The position numbers were made by a program, and so were the translations under genes. The notes beneath the pieces were generated by a model. The model made no database searches and had not been told where the DNA came from. It saw nothing but the letters and a program-made list of their open reading frames with translations. From positions 62,001-126,000 of the forward strand of contig RSEE01000096.1 of NCBI GenBank assembly GCA_003971905.1: a stretch of 64,000 nucleotides of DNA, written 5' to 3'. Numbering within the stretch: position 1 is the stretch's first letter; each line of letters opens with the position of its first letter. The DNA comes from Moniliella sp. 'wahieum'. Taxonomy: Eukaryota. Below, piece after piece: positions 23,903 to 35,410 of this stretch.

Positions 23903-25557
23903 CCCCTGCAGTTTAGAGGTACAAACCTTTGCACGACGGGAAATTGGTGAACTCCACCACGTACGGTAGGTCTGGTCCCAGACCATGGTCGAACCAGCCT
24001 GGTGTGGAGCTTGAAGGCGAAGGATAGAGGGAGTCTCTGACCAGATGGCTCCCTTTGCATCACAGTGCAGAGTCCGCAGCTCAGACGAGCAGCAAGCGTA
24101 ACGCGTAACGCGTAACTCTTCAAGACTCTTACGGGGCGCTCCGGTTATCTCCGGACGCTGAACCCCGCTTGTCGTAGACATCTCAGCCCAACCCGCGTCA
24201 GTCCGGTTAGACTAGCGAGAGAGAGCCAGTCGACACCTTATCCTTGCTGCGGATATCTTCCGCGGCCTACCATGGTCGCATGGGCTTATCGGTAGATGCT
24301 TTGTGCCCATTGCGTCCAGTCTTGTCAGAACCCTTCCTGCTGCGCCCGACTACGCAGCGTCAGTCTTGGAGAGCAAGGGCTGTGCATTAGTCTTTACCTT
24401 TCTGGGAAGTGCCGCGCATTCTCTGTCTATACCTGTAATGAGGCACTTGAGGCATGATTCCTTCTGCTGTATATAAGGCCATGTCTAAGGCTTGCTAGCT
24501 GTGGTCCTGGTCGACCATCCTGTCTATTACCGTTGATCTCCCCGACTACCAGTTCCTCTCTCGCCCTTCCACCTCCTACCACCCTTACGCTTACGAATTT
24601 ACGACTTACGTCGAGTGCACTGCAAGCCGCGGTTACTCTTATCAGTAGCGCTTGCTCTTCTTTAGGATTCTGTCTGTTCCCGCTAGCGACAGGATACCGA
24701 GTGTGGTAACGCTGTGTGGAACAGAGTAACTTCGGAGCTCCTGGACCCCTTATTCAGCTGGTCTAACTACCTACGTACGCGGCTCCTACCTCGGAGGGTA
24801 TGGACTGCGGCCTTTGCACGCAGGCAGCCACCCACAACTAGAGGGTCTCCCCTCGCCTCTACACCCGCTCGGTTCAACCAGGATCTGGAGCGGGACCTAA
24901 CATACGAGCCACCGATTGATCTGTCCAAGGGTTTATACCCCTAAACTACAGGGGGGGTCCCACCCCGAGACCCCTCCCATGACACGACCTGGTGTGGAGG
25001 CGAAAGAGAGAGTATCTGGGCTGGATGGCTTCCTCTGCGTGGACAGGCCGCAACTCAGACGAGCAGTATGCGTAACTTTTCAAGACCCGTTGGAGCGTCC
25101 AGGCACTTACGGGAAGCGCAATGTGTGGTTGCTTGGCCGTTCCCACCCTCGACGCTGTGGCTGGCAGAACCAGACGCAATCCTATACCCCGTGAAGAGCA
25201 AGCGCTGATCAATCTCGGCTTGAAGTGTACCCGATGTGAGTCGTAACGGCGTAAGCTAGTGGGACGGAGAATCAATGGTACAGGGAGAAGGTGGAAGTGT
25301 GGGCAAAGTGGAATTTAGTAGGGTTCGAGAGCGGTTGTTCGCTAGTATATAAGGCCCTACTCTTCTCATCGCCTCCTATGCATCTCCTGAGAGCCTCACA
25401 CGCAATTCTCCGCTTGCTTCAGCAGCTGGGCGTCTTCTGGCCTCTTCCTTGGGCTCTAACCCACGGCAGCGTAGCGTCCCATATACGACCCACCGATCCT
25501 AATATGTGACAAGTGGACGAGCGTTAAAATTTACCCCGGGCACTTGGTTGCGTCACA
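23903..25557. mobile_element. Cluster of three diverged copies of one LTR-like repeat (A + ~23907-24710; B - ~24714-24950; C + ~24976-25557)
   Basis: TGCAGTTTAGAGGTACAAACCTTTGCAC (23907) matches the reverse complement of 24923-24950 at 23/28. CTCAGACGAGCAG..GCGTAAC and TATATAAGGCC are shared by A and C. C ends in ..GTCACA. Confidence 0.6.
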
Positions 25558-26039
25558 CATCATCGACATCATCCATTGAAGCCCCGTGGAAACAAAGCAC
25601 TCCATTCGACGCGCAGACTTCAACCTATTAGGGGGGAAACGCGACTCCGAAGACAGTAGGAGGGGGAGCGGGAACGAGATTACGTGTAAAGCAAGGTGTG
25701 TGACGGTGGTGAGTCAGTAGGAACTACTACGGGGTTCTTTGGCCGCCCCTTCTCCCCGATGTCGCGGAACAGGAACGTTGGTTCGATCGGTAGAAGTGTA
25801 CCGATCCATTCTCATTGTACAGGGACACAACCAAGCGTACCTACTGACGGGTTCAAGGCCTCGCCAGAGTATGCAGACTGTGATCAAACCGTAAGATTAT
25901 CCCGTTCGACGTTCAAGCACGCCCAACGGAAACAAATAAAACGGAGCAGGTGTGGGGCGGGACTCGCGGTTCCGTGGCCAGGGGAGGGGAAGCGGGTACC
26001 GCAGAAGAGGTGGAGACCTGCGTTTCTAAGTCTCCCTCA

Positions 26040-26165
26040 GCAAGGGACCGGAAGGTAGTGGCTCACATGGATGATCTGGCCCGTAACAGGGGTGGTACCG
26101 TCCTGAGCACTGTACGCTTGTTCCATCTCGGCGAGCGAGGCACGGTTCTGGCGTATGGTTTCACA
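26040..26165 (-). pseudogene. Fragment resembling the N-terminus of trehalose-6-phosphate phosphatase (Tps2)
   Basis: IRQNRASLAEMEQAYSAQDGTTPVTGQIIHVSHYLPV is bounded by stops and resembles the basidiomycete Tps2 start (GRIIHVCHYLP, from recall). Confidence 0.45.
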
Positions 26166-26716
26166 CTGCTATCGCTCCGCTTGCGTGGCACAGGTGGCGG
26201 TGGTGAACATACTGTCGATGCTGCTGCATCTATCCAGGGGAGAGGTGGTAGGGGACTTGGACTCTTCCGCTGGCGAAGAGCTAGGCGCGACAGCGGTCAA
26301 GATGGGCGGGACGAGAGAGCCCCCAGGGGCGCGTAGCGCCTCGGGAACCTGTGGTGGGCACAGCAGCGTGGCAGGAGGTCAGGGTCCGACGGGCTGGCTT
26401 GGATTGCTGGGTGGCGATGCCGTCGGGGGCCGGGGGAAGAGGGGAGGTTCGTGGGCGTAGTACACCCCGGGAGCGAGAATGGGGGTGCCCGCACGCTTGC
26501 CCTGGGCCTTAGGGTTATTTCGACGTGCTGTGGTTAACCTGCACGTGACACGCGCAAGCGGCGTTGGAATTGAAATGGCACATGTGATGTGATGTGATGT
26601 CATCGGCCATCCATCCAGCGACCTGCAACCCTTTTTTTCTTCCCTGTCGTCGATCGGCCCAACTGCCTCGTCCTCCACTCCAGCTCCAACGTGCCCGCCG
26701 CCGCTTTCTTTTGCTC

Positions 26717-26741
26717 CTCTGCGTCTGCGTCTGCTTCTGCT

Positions 26742-26789
<48 letters not shown>

Positions 26790-26832
26790 TCTGCGTCTGC
26801 GTCTGCGTCTGCGTCTGCTTCTGCTTCTGCGT
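26717..26832 (+). repeat. (GCGTCT/GCTTCT)n hexamer microsatellite
   Basis: About 19 tandem copies seen directly. Confidence 0.95.
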
Positions 26833-26855
26833 CGGCCCCCTCCCTGCGGTCCACG

Positions 26856-29800
26856 ATGGCGCAGAAGCGCAAAGCGGCACCCGCCTCGCCCCAGGGGCTC
26901 CAGCAGCCCAAACGACGTCCGACTTTGTCTGCCTCCTCTTCTTCTGCCTCTGCTGCTGCCTCTGCCTCTGCTCTGCCTCTGCCTCCCCGACCGCCAAGGG
27001 CCCAAGCCTCCGCACCAGTCCAAGCTGCTGGCCAAATGAGGGACAGCCCCCGTTCCGCCTCTGCCCGCGCCCTGGCCGTCCAGACTGCCCTCCATTCCAT
27101 CGCCCCGCCTGCGTCCGACGCCCCGCGTCCCGTGTCTGGACAAGCGTCGCTTCCTGCTCCCCCTGAGCACAATGTGCATCCCACCACCGCACCCGCAGTG
27201 CCACCAATACCCGTCCCTGCACCAGCACCAGCACCAGCACCAGCACCAGCACCAGCACCAGCACCAGCACCAGCACCAGCATCCCCGTCCATAGCTGCGT
27301 CCGCATCCGCATCCACATCCACATCCACATCCACATCCGCAACCGCTTCCGTACCGCACCTTGTTTCTGTCTCTGCCTCGACCGAGCGAGTGAGGTCGAG
27401 CTGCCATCCCTACACCCACATCCGCATCCGCATGCGCCGCCTTCTTTTCTCCGCCTCTTTCCTTTTCGTCCGGGGGAAAGGGGGGAGGTACGGCACCCCC
27501 CTCGGTGTCTGCGCAACCTTTCTCTTTCTCCCACCAAGGCCCCCTCGATCGTTGTGCTGCTGCGCATTCGCATTCGGCCTCGCCTCCACTTTGCTCGGCC
27601 CCACGGAAGCGGACGTAGGCGCGAGCATCGTCCTACGGAGCTACTGATCGCCAGGAGACGCGCCAGGATAAGCAGGACGCAGAGGAGGTGGATCTCTCGC
27701 TCCCGTCGCTGTCGTTGCCGCTGCCGCTGCCGCTTGCACTGGAACTTGAACATGAACCTGCACCTGCACTTGAACAGGAACATGGTGTTAACCTGAACTT
27801 GAATCTGCCTCACCTGCGTGCCGGCTGCGAAACTCATCGCACCATCTTCTCGAGGGACGTACGACCGCGACCGCACCTACCCCCTCCCGCAGCTCCCGCA
27901 GCTCCCGCACCAGCAGCGCGACCACCGAGCCGGAAACTGCGACCGAGTCGAGCGACCCTAACCCGTACCAGCCCAGCTCCCCGTCCCGTAGCGGCTCGGA
28001 CACCTGCCTCCTTCCCTCCCCCTCGGACGGGACGGGGACGGGGACGGGGACTTTGCCTTGTCCCTCCCGTCTTCGTCTCGGCCTCGCGGGTCCTGGATCG
28101 ACCTGACCCACAGCACAAGTCCATGTCGAGCCTCTCTTCTCCCCGCTTGCCTCGGGGAAGTCTGGGTCCATACAGCCCGAGAAGCAGGGTACCACTACCA
28201 GCTCTACGGTCCAGAGTCAGCTCAAGCTCAAGCTCAAGATCATGGGGAACATCCTGGGTTGCTTCCGTTGTGGCCTACGTCCTCTCTTCCCTCCGCCGTC
28301 CGAGCGGGCCTGTCCCATCCAAGCGGACGAGTCACAGCGCGCTCCCGCTTCGTTGCGCTCTTGCACGGCCCCTTGGCTCGCGCTCTCGCTAACACAACCG
28401 TCCCGCGCCGCATAGCGTCCGGTACAAGCCCAGGTGCCAGTACCAGTGCAAGTGCAAGTGGGAGTGCGAGTGCCATGGCGCAGGTCTCGGCAATTGGAAC
28501 GCAGGTATTGCACAGGCGATGGCGCCTCGCTTGGTTCCTCCCACGTATACCTCTTCGTCTCGGAATCCTACCACTCTCGGACTACCTCGCGCGGCGTCCG
28601 GCCCCGCTCCCCCTCCCTCTCGGCCAGCATGCATGCCACCCACCCCGAACCGCATGGGAATTAAGGTGCGTACAAAAGTCTGACTGTTCTGGGGTCCTGG
28701 TTCTGGGTTCCCTCGGCTGGCGATAGGAAGGCTAATCGGTTGTGTGTGTGTGTGTGTGTGTGTGTGTCTGTGCGGAGCAGACACGGTCCCCGCTGCCACC
28801 GCCACCGTCGGAATCGGAATCGGCACGGGCAAGCAACGTCGCCTCGCTGGTACGTCTGCTTCGGTCGCTGCAGCCCAGCCGGCCGTGGCAGGCTAGCTCC
28901 CACCGCGACGCAGTGGAAACTATCTGGAAGAGTGCCCAGGTTCTCCAAGCTATCGATACTGATCTCCCGCGCTCGCGCCCGCAAGCGCATGCGCATGCGC
29001 ACGCGCCCCGTTCCCCTTCGCCCCGATCACCTCAACCTCAACCTCAACCACCACCGCTCCCGCTCCCCGCCAACGCGTAGAGGAAGTATGTCTCGCCCCC
29101 TAGTACCACTCCCCTTGTTTGCGGCCCTCATCCAACCCACTAACCACCCCCTCCCCCGCGCTACTTTCTTTCTTATTTCTTTCTTTCTTATCTCTCTTTC
29201 TTTCTCTTTTCCCAGACGTACCAACGCCAAGCGGCCACGTACTTTTTGCAACGCGAGCGCGATGCTCGGTCCCGCATCCAACCCCAAGTTCAACCCCAAG
29301 CCCAAGCCCAAGCCCAAGCTCAACCCCCGACCGGTCGCAGCTCATCGCACGACGAAACCCCTGCACTCGGTACACCCCTCGCGCACTCCCCCCTCTCTTG
29401 CCAACCCCAACCCATTGCGCGCCGAGCTCCGTTCCCCACGCAGCTGACCGCGGCTCAGCACGCACTGCTGCGCACCACGCTGGCCCAGCCTGCACTTGTC
29501 ATCTCCATCCCTGCGCGCAGGTGACCCCGCGACTTGCTCCGCTTGCGCCCGGGCCAGTGGCTGAACGACGAGTCGATTAACTTTTATGGCCAGTTGATCG
29601 CCCACCGATCTAAGCGAGCCGCCGACGTGCGCGCTACGGCCAGTGCGAATGCTAATGCGAATTCTGATGCGAATGTGCGTGCCCATCCCGCTGCTTCTGG
29701 TTGTGATCATGGCCCTGGTCGTGAACTTGACGCCGGTGCAGGGCCGGGGAAGCGGAAGCGTCGGTAGCGCAGGCGGAGGCGTTGTGGAACGTGCATGTGT

Positions 29801-30351
29801 TCAGCTCCTTTTTCTACCACAAGCTCAGCACGTGTGGGGCGGCAAGTGTGGCGCGGTGGACGCGCAAACTCGACGTACTGGCCAAAGACAAAATTATCTT
29901 CCCGGTCAACCTGTCCAACACCCACTGGGCTACCGGCTGCATTGACCTACGTCGCAAACGGATCGAATACTACGATTCACTACGGATGCCCAACCCGCGC
30001 TTTTTCCACCATGTACGCACTTGGCTGCGCGCGGAGCACACCGCTCATCGTCCTGACTTCCCTTGGCGCGATGACGATTGGTCCGAGTATTCCCCGGCTC
30101 AGTTTCCCGTCCAGAATAACGGCGTCGACTGCGGCGTGTTCGTCCTCGCTACACTCGATTATCTTTGTCGACGCGACGTGCCACAGGACGGCCAGGTGCG
30201 CCAGAGGGCACAACAGGCACAACAGGGACAACAGGGACAGGAGAAGCAGGTCCAGGAGTACCTTTCCCCATTTGGATTTACCAGCGATACCATGCCCTAC
30301 CTTCGCCGCCGATTCGCATACGAAATCATTACCAAGCAGCTGCTCGACTAA
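26856..30351 (+). CDS. ULP1: SUMO protease Ulp1 (peptidase C48) with long low-complexity N-terminus
   Basis: LRPGQWLNDESINFY; VHVFSSFFYHKL; KDKIIFPVNLSNTHW; IEYYDSL; QNNGVDCGVF (His/Asp/Cys triad). Start and 5' exons are uncertain. Confidence 0.88.
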
Positions 30352-31028
30352 GTACTAATCACTCACTCGCACCTACTGCCGCCGTCGGGCGGAGGACGTG
30401 ACCCCCCACCTAACCATCTTGCCTCGTTTCTATCTTGCTTGATCATACAATTCGCACCCACGGTGCTTGGTCCTGGATGCCGCGGTCTTGCTCGGAGACC
30501 GTCCCTGCAGGGGTTTCCCCCTCGCACGATGCACGATGCACGATGTAGGATGTAGGATGGGCCGTGGAGCGGGACGCTGGGATCGGGCCATGACAATGAG
30601 CACCGCCCTGCGCGCTTGGCCAACCCAAACCCATCGCCCGCCTCTTAACCCATCCCATCCCATCCCATCCCATCCCATCCCACCCCGCGCCACAGTGTAT
30701 AGTGTGGGGCGATGAATTCATCACGGATGCATGCCTCCCCGCCGACCATCCTGGGGTGTGCTGTTCTGCACGGGGAAGGGAGGCGCTCCGACGCGGCTAC
30801 ACACGCCGTCCGATCCAGATGCTCGGCGACTTGAAGCTGGACGTAGGCCAGGGCGCTTGTGGATTGATTGGGACTGGTGGCGTGGCGGAACAGCAGAAGT
30901 TAACCGGGCGGAATGGACATGGAATCCTCTGCCCAGCCCAGCCCAGCCCAGCCCAGGGAAAGCACCGAGCACCAGCAACCCAAGAAGCGCCCTGAACGTA
31001 CTGAACACTCAACTGAACCGCAAGCAGC

Positions 31029-33134
31029 ATGAGCCGCGCCCCTCCCTATGCCAGGCACGACGGCCGTGCGCGCTGGGCGCCGCCCCTCAGGCACGCCCAC
31101 ACCCCGCCAGCGGCCGATGCGCCTCCCCCCGCCTCTGCTGGGTACGCCGCTGGTCCTGCCCCGCCGCCTCCTCCTCCTCCTCCGCTCGGTCGGGCTGCAT
31201 GGGCACGCGAGTATGGCCGCGATGCGTATGGCAGAACGGCACCTGCGCACGAACCGTATGCCCGTGACGCGTCCCGTGGTGGGAGCGCGGAATGCGTCGC
31301 CGCGAAGGGCGCCGTGAAGGTCGACGGGAACGTCTGCGCGAAGGTCCACGTGAAGGTCCACGTGAAGGTCCACGTGAAGGTCCACGTGAAGGTCCACGTG
31401 AAGGTTGGCGTGAAGGTTGGCGTGAACGTCGGCGTGACGGTCGGGGTGAACGTCGCCGCGACGGTCGGCACCAAGGCGGTGGGAAGATGGAGATGCGTGC
31501 CGAGAGCACGGAACGGCCGAGCCGGACCTTGTTGGTGCGCAACGTTGACCTTGCCACGTCGGTCGAGGAGATTTGGCGTGTATTTGGGCAGTATGGGGAG
31601 GTCAAGTCGGTGGAGGAGCGGGTGGGCGAGCACGGGGTTGGCTTGGTTACGTTTTACGATGTGCGCGCGGCGGCTGAGGCTAAACGGCGTTTACGGGGCT
31701 ACGCGCTGGGCCTGCACGTCACCCGATCCATGTCCACTACGACTATGAGTACGAGTACGAGTACGATTCCGGCCTGCCTTGTCCTGATCGCTCTCCGTCG
31801 CCCTGCCCACGCACTAGCAACCAAGGTACCGTGCGTGTGGGCTTGCTTGACAGGGGCATGGTTGCCCCCGCTCTGGCGCAGGACCGCGTGCAAAACATGT
31901 TTGACAAGGTGGGCGAAATCCAATCCATTCGCTCGGACCGGCCTGGTTCGGTGCTGGTACAGTACTTTGATGCCCGCGTCGCCTCATGGCCCTCGACACG
32001 CTCCATGACAAACAAGCTGGTCCAGACGCTACGTGGCAAGTCACCTTGGTCTGGGACTTACCGCCTCACAATGTGCAACCGCAACCACAACCACAACCAC
32101 AACTGCACCAACATCAACACCAACACCACCCCACACAGGACACTTGACCGTGCCACCGTTGATCAGCCCACGTGCCGTCGCCCCCCCTCCTCCTCCTCTG
32201 GGGTTCCTTCCTCTCGTTCTTCTTTCTCGTCCTCGCCCTCCTTGGCCTCCGTTCCAACCGTACCGGAATGGGCACCGGAACGGGCACTGGCAGAACGGCC
32301 GTCAGGTTCGCCCAGCGCGTACACCGCCCCACCCCACCCGAACCCTGCAACGCACATACTTCCCTCGTCGCAGCGTGTAACCCGTACGCGCACGTACCAC
32401 CCCCCACCTCCGTCGTACTCGGCACGAGATCGAGATCGAGGGGAGATCGAGCGCGCAACACCCCACCGCCTACGCCCGCACCTGCGCCTCCGATTCTGAC
32501 TCCCGCTCCGACTCGCGCTTCAACGTAACCTTCGATCTCCAAGCGACGACGCCAGCTCCAACACCATGGCAACCCACCGCCCTGGGCCCAAGGTGCACAA
32601 AAAGGCCGTCCTACTTGCTCCTGCGCCGCCTCTTCTTCCCCCCCGGCTCTGCCCACCAGGGTGCGGCGCTTGGTTCGCGCCACGTCGTGTCGCACTCGGA
32701 GGGATGTCAACGGGGGGGAGGTCGCACGCGGGGGATCGCATCCCGTGGGCGTCACAACCGGTAGCCTGCGCAGCGTTGGTTCTGGGACCGCAACTGGTTG
32801 GTCTCACAACTCTAGCCCCAGCTCAAATCCACCCCGTCACCCTCATCCCCATCCCCATCCCCATCCCCAACTCCAACTCCATCCCACCCCCAACTCGATC
32901 CTCAACTCGATCCCCAACTCCGTCGGCGTCGGTTGCTACCCAGCTGTAGCTTCGCCAACAATGCGGGCAGAAGCGCAGTCCGAGCTTGTGCCTGCGTGTA
33001 GACTGGACTTAGGCTTAGGCCTGGGCTTAGGCTTGGGCTTGGGCTTGGGCGTGAGGGTTGCGACCAAGCAGCATCAGCTTAGCTCCGCTACCATGCCACC
33101 ACCAATACCCCCGTCGTCCGCCTGTCGGAATTGA
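31029..33134 (+). CDS. RRM-domain RNA-binding protein (Mei2-like RRM1/RRM2)
   Basis: ERPSRTLLVRNV..VFGQYGEVK..GVGLVTFYDVRAAAEA; second RRM MFDKVGEIQSIR..VLVQYFDAR; 12-bp REGP tandem repeat at about 31337-31430. Confidence 0.75.
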
Positions 33135-33528
33135 TGATTGATGCATGTGCATGATAGATGATCGAGATGATCGATGAGGCCCTGAGGGCTTGTTGTTGCA
33201 GGGTCTTGGCGTGCGGTCGGACATAGTGCAGAGCCCCATCCCGCCGGGCGACAAGCGCACCCGGCCAAGGGCGTGGCGAGGCAGGCGATGGCGCAACACA
33301 ACTCACATCACAGCCGCCGACGGAGCACGGCCCAGCTGGGCCGTGTGCCAGCCAGGCAGGCCAACTGGGCCGTGCACACCGCCAGGCACTGCAATCAAAA
33401 ACGAAAACGTATTTATAGTACGCGCTTGAATATTGATTGCTGTTGCTGGGCCCCAGCCTCGGGTCCGCGTTACCAGTTAGGCCTGTCCCCAATCCCCAAC
33501 TAACGCCAACACTACCTGGTCCGCGCGC

Positions 33529-35020
33529 ATGCCCCCGCGCGTGTTTCTGCTTGGCCCAGGCTTTGTCGGGGGCGCTGTGCTGACGTACCTGCAGCGCCAG
33601 CGTCCCGACCTCCACCTCGCTGCCTTGGTCCGCCAACCGGACCAGGCCGAGCTGCTGCGCGCAGTGGGCATCGAGCCCGTTCTGGGCTCCTTGGACGATG
33701 CGCAGCTGCTACAAGACCAGCTGCAAAAGCCGATGTCGTACGTTGCATTCTCTCGCTTCCATTTGTCGGTGGGCGTTGAAGATCCTGTTGCTCCTACTAC
33801 GTGTTCTGCCTGTCTCCTGGTGGTGTGCTGACCACGTTTGTCGTGTCCCATCTAACCTACGCACTGTGTTGCACGCATCCTCTGCTCTCGCGCTCGTCCC
33901 CGCAGGTCATCAACACGTCTTCCAACAAGCACTTGGCTTCGGTCCAAGCTCTGCGGCTGGGTTCAAGGCCCGACCGCCGTCGGATACGCTTCCCATCTAC
34001 ATCCATACCTCGGGCAATGGCGTTCTGACCACGGGGGACCACGTGTACCGCCCACATCGGAACACGACGCGTACGACGATGCAGATCCCAAAGTGGAAGA
34101 ACGAATTAAGCCAACCGCGCCGCACCGCTCTATCGACCTAGCTGTTACACACCTCTTCTCCCCCCTCGCTCGCGTCGCTATCGTTTCCCACCACTCATTT
34201 ACGGCCTCAGTCCCACCCCCCTGCCACAGCACCGCCTCAGTGTCCAGTACCCACCTTAATTCGCGCCGCGTACGACTCCCGCCAACCACTTGTCGTGGGT
34301 ACCGGCCAAGGCGTCTGGAGCACCATTCATATTGACCATTTGGCTTCGGCTTACCTCGCCATCTTGGCCCAGTTACAGGCCTCCCCGGCCCCAGGACCCG
34401 CCAGATGGAAGGATCTACTTTTTCCCAGAAACGGGTGATACGTCGGCCCATCTTTGCGTCTAGTATAATGCCCCCCGCTGGGTTTGCCTCAGTGGTGCAC
34501 GGCAGGCTTGAGGTTCGATGCTGATTTTGTTGGGTTGTGGTTGTGTTTTGTGTGGTTGTGTGTTTGTGTGGTTGTGTGTTTGTGTGGTTGTGTGTTTGTG
34601 TGTTTGTGTGTCTGTTGTGTTGGTTTCCCCCGCTGTCCAATTCCACTCGCTGTCCGAGACGATTGGTACGGCGCTAGAGCAACGGGTGCGATCCCAGTCG
34701 CGGTCGCATCGCGAGCGGTGCGCACAGCTACAGCACAGAACAAGCTCACTTCTTTGGCCCTCCAGATGGCCTTCCAGTTCTGGGCGGACAATGCTCGTGT
34801 CCACTCCTCCCGCCTCGCCACGTTTGGTTGGTCCCCCGATACGGCCTTTCCCACCTCCGTCCTCCAGTCGGTGCAGCACGTCGAGGTGCCCGATTGGCTC
34901 GAACGCCATGAACGCAGCAACCTGAAGTTATGCGCCGACGCTCTGATGCCCTGTTGCATGTCAGAAACTGGAGCTTCTGCTCTGCTCTGTGTGGTCGATG
35001 GCCGATGGTCCATGGGATGA
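33529..35020 (+). CDS. NAD(P)-binding Rossmann-fold protein (atypical SDR/epimerase-like)
   Basis: MPPRVFLLGPGFVGGAVL; VLGSLDD; IYIHTSGNGVL; C-terminal WADNARVHSSRLATFGWSP. Multiple introns. Confidence 0.8.
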
Positions 35021-35410
35021 GAAAGGATATGGATCAATTGGCCTGCTAATAGTAGGCCTGCTATGCTCGTTCTTGGCGCTGGTATGAACGATGCCGGTGC
35101 CAGGGGAGGGTTAGGGATGAAATAGATAGAGAAGGATGTGGCCGGGGCGCGGCGGCGGCCGCAGCAATCTGCTCAGCGCGAGTCACTCCGGTCATTGCAG
35201 TCATCTGCCCATCATTAAACCATGCTCTCCCCGGCCCCGGCGCTCCACTCGCCCCGTGCTGCGTCCGCCCCGCAGTCGGCTTCCGTGCGCGTGTTTCGCG
35301 TGTTCGTGCTGCCCACCCACCCTCCCGACGCCTCTGCCCGCCATCGGCAATAACCAGCCGCTCTGCCTGCCGCGCCCCCCCCCCCCCCCCCTCCCCCCTC
35401 CCCTAGCACC

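Noticed and set aside
26379..27876. Long minus-strand ORFs (346 and 453 aa) with CW/RR/QT repeats
   Set aside because: Shadow frames of microsatellite-rich, GC-rich DNA opposite the ULP1 5' region.
31337..31430. Regular 12-bp repeats as a CRISPR-like array
   Set aside because: Contiguous coding tandem repeat with no spacers, in a eukaryotic context.
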